Shown here piece after piece: positions 55,165 to 64,000 of a stretch of DNA of 64,000 bases. Numbering within the stretch: position 1 is the stretch's first letter; each line of letters starts with the position of its first letter. The position numbers and the translations under genes were made by a program. The DNA is from the human T2T-CHM13v2.0 reference genome, Homo sapiens. The notes beneath the pieces were generated by a model. The model did no database searches, had not been told where the DNA came from, and saw nothing but the letters and a program-made list of their open reading frames with translations. Where the stretch lies: the NCBI RefSeq assembly GCF_009914755.1, contig NC_060928.1; one strand, 5' to 3'.

Positions 55165-55705
55165 TTATGCTTATTCATGAACTGGAAGACTGATTTATTG
55201 CTTTCAACTCTTTATTTCTTCGCTGTGATAGAATTATATACATCCTGCCACTTTGCCACGTGACCTTGTAGTGCCTCCCTCAGGGTGGGTGGAGGATACA
55301 TCCTGCCCTACTGACTTCTCGTTTGGCCATCTGATCTGCTTTGCTGGTAGAACATGGGCAGAAGTGGCTGCAGGCAAGTCTCAGGTGTGAAGGGCTGGGG
55401 CAAATTTCTGCTGGCCTCCTCCAGACTTTTCACTGTCTCCATTAGAAGAATATGCCCTAGGGGGCTGTTGCTCCCTGTTTCTCTTGTAAAGAAAACATGT
55501 GAAACAGACTTGAACCCAACTTGAAACCTGGAGTCCAGCCTAGGCCAGCTGAGCTTAGCTGATTCCAGTCAGAAGTGGCTGAACCTCAGCCAACCTATAG
55601 AACTATGGTGTAAAACAAAATGTTTGATTCTGTAAACCACTGAAAGTTCTGAGGGCATCATTATGCAGCCTCATCACAACAATAATAACAGAAAAGACTA
55701 ACACG
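55165..55705. mobile_element. MLT1-type MaLR LTR remnant
   Basis: tttgccacgtgaccttgtagtgcctcc...ttggccatctgatctgctttg...tgtaaaccactga...gactaaca. Confidence 0.7.
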
Positions 55706-56367
55706 TATGGCTATGGTCTTGTGTTTCGGAGCTAACAAAGAAGCTAAACCCTTCCCTTTGTAACTGGGCCAGAGCCTCATGTCAAAAAAGAGTCCATTCA
55801 TCATTGTGACATTGTGGGGTCAGCCCTGTCAGTTGAATGGAGGAAGAGGCCTATTTCTCAGATGGGAACAGAAACTGAATGGGAGGTAAGCCATGCTTAC
55901 AAAACACGAGGCAAAGAGAAAACCAATTTCAGATAGTACGCTTATTCATAAACAGATCTGTTGCTAAGGAATAAGAAGAATCCCAGAGAGGGTACCAGAA
56001 AAAGCCACATCAAGACTCAAGAGCTAGAGTTTAGCCATCCTCATAAATAAGACATGAAGTAGAACAGGATGTGACCCTCTGGGAGTGGGCTTACAAACCA
56101 GAAACTTGTCATTTATAAGCTAGAATGTTTTTATGCCTCTTATACTTTCTTTGTTTCACTCTTGTCTTCTGTTTGTGAAAAAAGAAATTGTCTTGTGTTC
56201 CAGAACACCTCCGCTGGTCTAAGATGAAATGGAGGCATCCTGTGTGCACAGGCTAGAGCTTTAAAGAGCATGAAATGTTCCCCTAGAGGGCCAGCATGTG
56301 ACTGCAGCACAGACCCTAAGAACGGGAATGCTCGGCCAGGACACAGCTGGCTGCCTGGCCCAGCTGC

Positions 56368-56809
<442 letters not shown>

Positions 56810-56979
56810 TAGAAATATTTATTTGAGGGTTGGCAAAGGAAAAGGACACTTTCATGAGGAGCTTGGTCTGAGCTGGAACCCAGCCTGGGCAGAGAGCCAA
56901 AGAGGTGCATAAGTTCCTACCACTAGGCTTATTTAACCTCACATAAACAGTGCAATTAAAACCCCAAGGAGGAAATTAC

Positions 56980-57061
56980 CTTTTTGATTCATAAGGATCT
57001 GGAAGAAGAGCATTGGTAGAAATGCAAGATGAAGTCGACTTATCAAAGTGGTACACTGAAT
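56980..57061 (-). CDS. SETD7: SETD7 exon 5 (82 nt)
   Basis: tgcttttcag|AT TCA...TCA AAA AG|gtaatt; (N)SVYHFDKSTSSCISTNALLPDPYESK(R). Confidence 0.97.
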
Positions 57062-58433
57062 CTGAAAAGCAAACAAAAATACCAGTATAGGTGCAGAGTT
57101 AGGGAAGAGCATTTATAACACTTCTCTCTATTCATGGGACAACGAAGAGTTAAAAAACCAAAAATCTTAATCAAGTTATACCAACTAGAATGAAGTTCTT
57201 CAATTTAAATGGATACATTTTAGATTTACGCTTCAGTTTTATTTTCAGGCCTTCATGAACAGCCATCAGATGCATCTCTTAACATTCCAATTCACTCTTG
57301 AATTTTCCTTATTAAAATGACTTAAAGGATGCTTGGGAATCAATAAAATGCTTTGTCATGAAATTCTGAGATCTCTTGGCTCAGATCAAATTGGATGATG
57401 GTTTTAAATTTTTCTGGTGGTTTTCTTCATTACAGATACAGTCTACAGAATCCAACAACTGAACACTGGCAGTTGTCTCCTTCACTAAGAATAAAATTCT
57501 GCCTCACCAGAATTAAGGAGAACAGCACTGCTTTTGATAAAGCATTAACAAAGTAATCTCCTTTCTATTACGGTAGTTCAGAAGCCAATTAGTAATTTAC
57601 TCTAGAAATCAAGGCACACAACCACCCTAGAAGGAACACTGGCTCTCTGTGAAGGATTAGCTTTAGAGAATCCTCACAGACAGCACTAAAGATAGATGCT
57701 CTGAAGACTGATAGGTAAAGAAACAAGATTTAGAATCAGAGGGCTTACTCCTGCAAAACAAATGATTATATACACTGAGGGAAAACTCATAATCCCATTA
57801 AGCAATTCTTCAGTAGTTACTAATGGTTACTAGGTCCTCTTTCTGTTTGTTTGTGAGTGGCTTTTTTTGTACAACCAAAACCCCAATGAATACCTGAAAC
57901 TAAAAGTCAGAAACCAATCCAAATCAGTCAGTGTCCGCACAGAAACGGACCATTTGAGTGTTTCAAAAAGAATTCAGTTCAGGGAATTGGTCATACAGGG
58001 GATGGAATGCTGACAAGCCAGATGGAGCCGTGAAGAGCCCAGACACTGGCAAGAGCAGGAAGCTGCCACTGGAGGCCGGAGGGACAGAGGGCACAGTGCT
58101 GCTCCTGGAGCTCTGGAGCTGGGGTAGTTGGAACTAGCCTGGGCCTTCCTCATGGGAGATGGAATCAGGAGGTGATGGGGCCACTGCTGGAGATGCTGGT
58201 TGACACAGAGAGGGCTTCTTCCTGCTGCCTTCTCCTGCTTTGTCCCCAGCCAGCCAGTGGCCTCCCTTTGGCCAAACTCAGACAGAAGTCAGACACACAG
58301 GAGCCTGAAAAATGCAGGCTGCAAGGGGCAGCAGCCTCTTGCAATAATAGCGGGCAGTGAAAGAATGATGAATGGATTGGATCTGAGAGCAAAGTGGTAA
58401 CAGACCACCAAGCAATCCACGAAAAGCATTTAA

Positions 58434-58827
<394 letters not shown>

Positions 58828-59651
58828 TAGACTAAAATTTTTATGACAAATTTACTGAGTGCCAGCTACATGTACAACACTAGGGACTGTGTAGATACAA
58901 TAAGGATTAACTTCTGTTGCTGCTTTCAGGGAGTGCACACTATCTCTTCCAATGCCTACTGTCTCTTCTTCTGCTGCCTTAGACATGCCCAGGCTGCAGG
59001 CACATCCTTTACTTTTACAGATTTTACACATCCTTTACTTTCCCTCCTTTCCTCTATAGTATGCTATGCCCTTTGACTAGAATTCATTTATTCAATGGAC
59101 AAACATTCATTATAAAAAGTGAGTTAAGCCTTAAAGATGGAGTAGGAATTAGCCAAGGAAAGCAGTTACTATGTGGAGTAGGGCTGATCAGGTGAGAAGC
59201 AGTGGCATAGGTGAGAAACTCCACAGGAAGTAAGTAGAGAATTAGAAGTAGTTTGTGGTTACAAAAGCACACAGAGAAATGGAGAAGCTGGTGAGGCGAC
59301 AGGTCAAGGAGTGTTTTATGTGAGATATTTGCATTAATTTCTCTCCTTCCCCAACCATTGGACCCTACAGTCACAGGACCCTGTACCCCCTAACCCACTG
59401 GCCAGTCAGCAGGTCAATAATTATAACTGGAAGGGGCAGAGGAGAGATACAAACATGGCAGAACATTAGACTAAAGATCGGTCTATAGGATCTTCAGAGT
59501 GCCAGAGCAGCCATGGTTCCTGGCCCTTTTGAGGCTCAAACTATTCAACATTTCAAAACACCTGAGGTCTGCAGGAATCTTGCCAATAAATCCCCCCTTT
59601 CTTTTCTGCGTTAAGTTAATTTGAAGTGAATGTTTATTTGCAACCAGAAGG

Positions 59652-59840
59652 TTTTTGTTGTTGTTGTTTGTTTTTGTTTGTTTGTTTGTTTTGAGACAGA
59701 GTCTCTGTGTCACCCAGGCTGGAATGCAGTGGTGCTATCTTGGCTCACTGCAACCTCCACTTCCCAGGTTCAAGCGGTTCTTGTGCCTCAGCCTCCTGAG
59801 TAGCTGGGACTGTAGGCACACACTACCACACCCAGCTAAA
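59652..59840 (-). mobile_element. 5'-truncated Alu (right arm only)
   Basis: Ends at cccagctaa; TSD gcaaccagaa at 59640-59649 and 59841-59850. Confidence 0.9.
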
Positions 59841-59896
59841 GCAACCAGAAATTCTAAAAAAATAATAATTCCCTTTAGAATTCTCACTCTCAACAA

Positions 59897-60205
59897 TTTT
59901 TTTTTTTTTTTTAAAGACAGGGTCTCACTCCTGTCGCCCAGACTGGAGTGCAGTGCACTCAGCTCACTGCAGCCCTGACTTCCTGAGCTCACGTGATCCT
60001 CCCACCTCAGTCTCCCAAGTAGCTGAGACTACAGACACATGCCACTATGCCCAGCTAATTTTTTTTTTTTTTTTTGTATTTTTTAGGAGAGACAGGATCT
60101 TACCATGCTGCCTAGGCTGATCTTGAACTTCTGGGCTCAAGTGATCCACCTGGCTTAGCCTCCCAAAGTGCTAGGATTACAGCTGTGAGCCACCAGCCCT
60201 GGCCT
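59897..60205 (-). mobile_element. Alu (AluJ-like)
   Basis: Antisense Alu dimer. Confidence 0.93.
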
Positions 60206-60605
60206 ACTGTTTCTTATTTATAGCAAGAAGAATGTAATAACAACTTTCATTACAGTGTTTTATGGTAGGTGCTAATATCCACATTTGGTAATGAGGAAAC
60301 AGGTTCTGAAAAAATAAATAACTTGCCCAAGGATAATATAGTAAATGTTAGAGCTAGGTCTCAAATTAGGTGATTCTTAAGTTTAGGCACCTGCCACTAA
60401 AAATGCTGCTACTTCTGAAGTTTTAAAACTGGCATCACCAATTGGGATCCTCCCTTGTTTCGAGCCTCCTCATTTCTAAATATTATAACACTGTCTCCTT
60501 TCAGAACATAGATCAAGGGCATAGATATCACAGTTTGTAGTTCAAAGATTACTGCTTCCTTTTTTTTAAAAAATAAACTTTTCATTTTGGAGTAATTTCA
60601 AATAT

Positions 60606-61256
60606 ACGACATGCATCACTTAATGAAGGGGATACATTTTGAGAAATGTGTCATGAGGTGAGTTGGTCATTATGCAAACATCAGAGAGTGTACTCACACA
60701 AACCTAGATGGTATAGCCAACTACACACCTAGGCTATTAATAAATGGTACAGCCTATTGCCCCTAGGCTCCAAACCTGTACAGCTTGTTACTATAGGGAA
60801 TACCATAGACAACAGTAACCTAATGGGAAGGATTTGTGTATCTAAACATATCTATACACAGAAAAGATGCAGTAAAAATATGATATAATCTTAGCTGGGT
60901 GCAGTAGTTTATGTCTGTAATCCCAGCACTATGAGAGTCCGAGGCAGGAAGATTGCTTGAGGCCAGGAGTTTGAGACCAGCCTGAGCAATACAGCAAGAC
61001 CCTGTTTCTACAAAAAAATTTAAAAATATTTAGCTGGGCATTGTGGTGCATGCCTGTAGTCTTAGCTACTGGGGAGGCTGAGGCAGGAGGATTGCTTGAG
61101 CTCAGGAGCTCAAGGCTGCAGTGGGCTATGATAACACCAGTCCACTCCAGTCTGGGCAACAGAGTGAAATCCTGTCCCTTAAAAAATAAAATGAAATAAA
61201 AACAAAAATATGGCATAATCTTATGGTACCACAGTTGTTATGGGCCCATGACTGTA
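60606..61256. mobile_element. Tigger3a-like Tc1/mariner element split by an AluJ (about 60893-61203), inside an L1MC-type fragment (about 60560-61470)
   Basis: cacttaatgaaggggatacattttgagaaatg...cacaaacctagatggtatagcc...catgactgta; Alu TSD aaaaatatg..ataatctta. Confidence 0.85.
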
Positions 61257-62094
61257 TACAGAAAAGTCGCAAAGAAAGCACAGAGCATCCTCACTGTTTC
61301 TCCTAATGTTAACTTCTTACAGTGCATGGTACATTTGTCAAAATTAAGAAACCAACACAGATACATTACTATGTACAAAACTCTAGACTTTATTTAGATT
61401 TCACCAGTTTTTCCACTAATGTCCTTTTTCTCTTCCAGGATCCAATCCAGAATCCCACATTGCATTTAGACTGTCTCCATTTTTAACTTAAAAAAACAAA
61501 AAAGACATTTAAAGCAACCCAAATTGGACCTAAATATAAATGCTAAAATTTCCACTTTTGGACAAGCTTCCTTTGGAGATTCTTCTTCAGATCCCAAATA
61601 ACTAAATACTATTTAAGCCTATTAATGCCCAGATTTATTGTCTTTTCTGTTTTTTTCTCCCTATAACCAAACCTGGCTCAGAAATACATGCATATATTGT
61701 TTTCAGGGAATCAGACCAATTCAAATAGCTTTCTTAAGCTGTGCCACTCAAAATGCAAAATCTTGATTTTTCTTTGTATATTTTCCAGATTTTCTACACT
61801 TAGTAATTTTATACTCAGAAAAAATGTTTAGTGTGACATGTGTACTTCTAAAAGGAAAATAATACTTTTTTCAAATATGGATTCCACTGGGTTCACTCAT
61901 ACATTGTGCTCCACGCAAGATGTTGGGCTCGAGATGCCAATATGCATTTATATTTTCCAGTCACAGCTCAGGCTCAATCAACTTTACAGTTTAGAGATCT
62001 ACTTGATTTGGTTCTTTATTATCATAGTACAGTTTTTTGGAGAGATAACCATTTGAAATCAGTTGAATTACTGCTGTCATTTCTTTATTCCCTC

Positions 62095-62540
62095 CCTATA
62101 TGAGAATTATATACCTAGGCCCTTTGTCACATGACTTTTCAGTATCTCCCACTAATGTGTATGGTGTAATTTCCCTGTCTCACTGATGTCTGGCTTGGCC
62201 ATGTGACTTGCTTTGACCAGTGAAAAGTGAGTAAAGTGCCACCATGTCAGTTCCAAGGTGAGGTTTCAAAAGGCATCACAGGTATCTGCTTATGCTCTGA
62301 CACTTCTGTGATCCACTGTGGGAAAATGTTGCCCCACATTGCCATTGTCCCTTCAGATTAGGCCCCAGAATTAAGACAAAGAGAGCTGACTCAAACCTGA
62401 CCAGAAGCCTCAAGTCTGGCCTGGCCCCCTAAGCCCAGCCTCAGCCAGCTGGAGTACAGCTGCTCGGCAGAGCTGTGGTTGCTGTTGTAAACCACTGGGG
62501 AGGTGCAGTGTCTGTTATGCAATAAAACCTGACTAATAAA
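62095..62540. mobile_element. MLT1-type MaLR LTR remnant
   Basis: ggcttggccatgtgacttgctttgaccagtg...tgtaaaccactg...tgttatgcaataaaacctgactaata. Confidence 0.75.
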
Positions 62541-62651
62541 CACGATTAAAGAGAACTATACAGAGAGGAAAAGAAAAGAAGCTTGTCTCAAATCAGCCCT
62601 AACAACCTGCTTTGGAATTGGAGCAACCCATCTGAAGCAGATTCAACTTAC

Positions 62652-62841
62652 TTCCAGGCATCAGTTCAAAGTGAGGCCTCCCTTCTTCAGTGGACATAAG
62701 GGTAGCCAGTTTGCCTTCTATCATCTCTCCATCAATAAATTTCCCATAAAGTGCGGTCCTCTCATCAGGGTACACATAGGCTATCTTCTCTCCAGTCATC
62801 TCCCCATCTTCATTTACTTCTCCTACAAGGCTTCCTCCATC
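62652..62841 (-). CDS. SETD7: SETD7 exon 4 (190 nt); earlier exons lie outside the window
   Basis: tttctcccatcag|GAT...CCT GGA A|gtaagt; [63 protein letters not shown]; phases chain correctly through exons 5-8. Confidence 0.98.
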
Positions 62842-64000
62842 CTGATGGGAGAAACCAAAAACCAGAAAATATTATATATAGTATGTCTAGGACATGAGTC
62901 CCAAGAAATTTCTCTTCTGCACTCCCATTATTAATATAGCACCAGTAGGGATAATAACAGTTTAGGAACCCAGAGCTTTTCACCTGGGTAAGAAAAACAT
63001 GATGCATAGCTCCTCATCCAGCTCCATACAAATATACTGCTAGAAAGTCATACGCATTTGGGGCATGTATGCCTGATTTAGAGAGTGGGAAATTCCGTTG
63101 CAGTTTGTAATCCGGGACAAGTTACTGATACTCTATGTTGGTTTACTAAGAAATAAATGATGTTTCTTTGATATTTGTAACATCAATTACCAATATTTAA
63201 AGGAAATGTAACTAAGTGTTATTTTTGGCCAAAATCAAATATGATGACGATCTTTAGCAAGACACTCCTACCCACTATTCATAAGATCTCCCTTCTCAAT
63301 ATTAAATTTTGGATTTCTAGTGTGTTAGGAAAATATTCAGTTCAAATGTACTTAAGAATTAATTTAGTGTACACAAGTAAAGAGAGTTATCTGCACTTTT
63401 TCAGAGGCAAACAAAAGGATGTCTGGACACTGCCTTTCTGAGACTCCTATACCATCACCTTTTTTAGAATTAGAAGGAAAAGTGAAAAAAGATCAACTAA
63501 ATTTCACTCCCATCTCAATTCTTTCTTTCCACTCTATTTCCTGCTCCCTCTTGCCTCCTTTTAGCAGAGCAGCGCACTTAGCTTCATGCTTAACTCTTCC
63601 ATTTACTTCATTGCTAGGGGTCATTGAGTACTTTAGGGAAGAGGCTATCATATAATTCTATACCTTGATAAGTGGTAGGGACACAGTAGGTGATTCTTAA
63701 ACTCTTTTTAAATTGAACAGGGTTACCAAAAAGTAATGAATAATTTAAGCTAGGGTGCCAGAGATGTTTCTTTCTTTCTTTCTTTTTTTTTTCCATCCAG
63801 AAGGTCCTCATGGTATAACTTTGAAAATTTAAGACCTTAGGGAGTTTGATTTAACAATAGTAATGCCATGACATCTTTTAAAAGCTTGGTTAATTTCTCC
63901 AACTTGAGGATCTAGGAACAGCTAGCTACTCAAAGCCAATGATGTAGGATGACTTTTGAGTGATCCCAAATGCTGCCTTTTTTTTTTTTTTTTTGCCTTC

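Overview
Primate (human-like) genomic DNA, AT-rich and repeat-dense, with two convergent genes. On the + strand is the last coding exon of RAB33B (6337-6777, ending in a CXC prenylation motif) with a ~2.8 kb 3' UTR. On the - strand are the last five coding exons of SETD7/SET7-9 (62841-62652, 57061-56980, 54023-53906, 51671-51514, 45498-45318) with a ~5.6 kb Alu-free 3' UTR. Nearly all other ORFs in the track are chance translations of Alu, L1 or LTR sequence. I see no evidence of a wholly new biological system. The best observations are: (1) SETD7 exon 5 encodes ...PYES-K-R where the human protein as I recall it has PYES-E-R (E214K); (2) an in-frame, apparently repeat-derived alternative SETD7 last exon at 30187-~29600 that would remove catalytic C-terminal residues; (3) an old templated insertion, a 135-bp copy of nearby DNA between 45-bp duplicated flanks; (4) a multi-level transposon nest with readable target-site duplications; (5) several hairpins and inverted Alu pairs. 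Repeat subfamily names come from recognition by eye and repeat boundaries are approximate.
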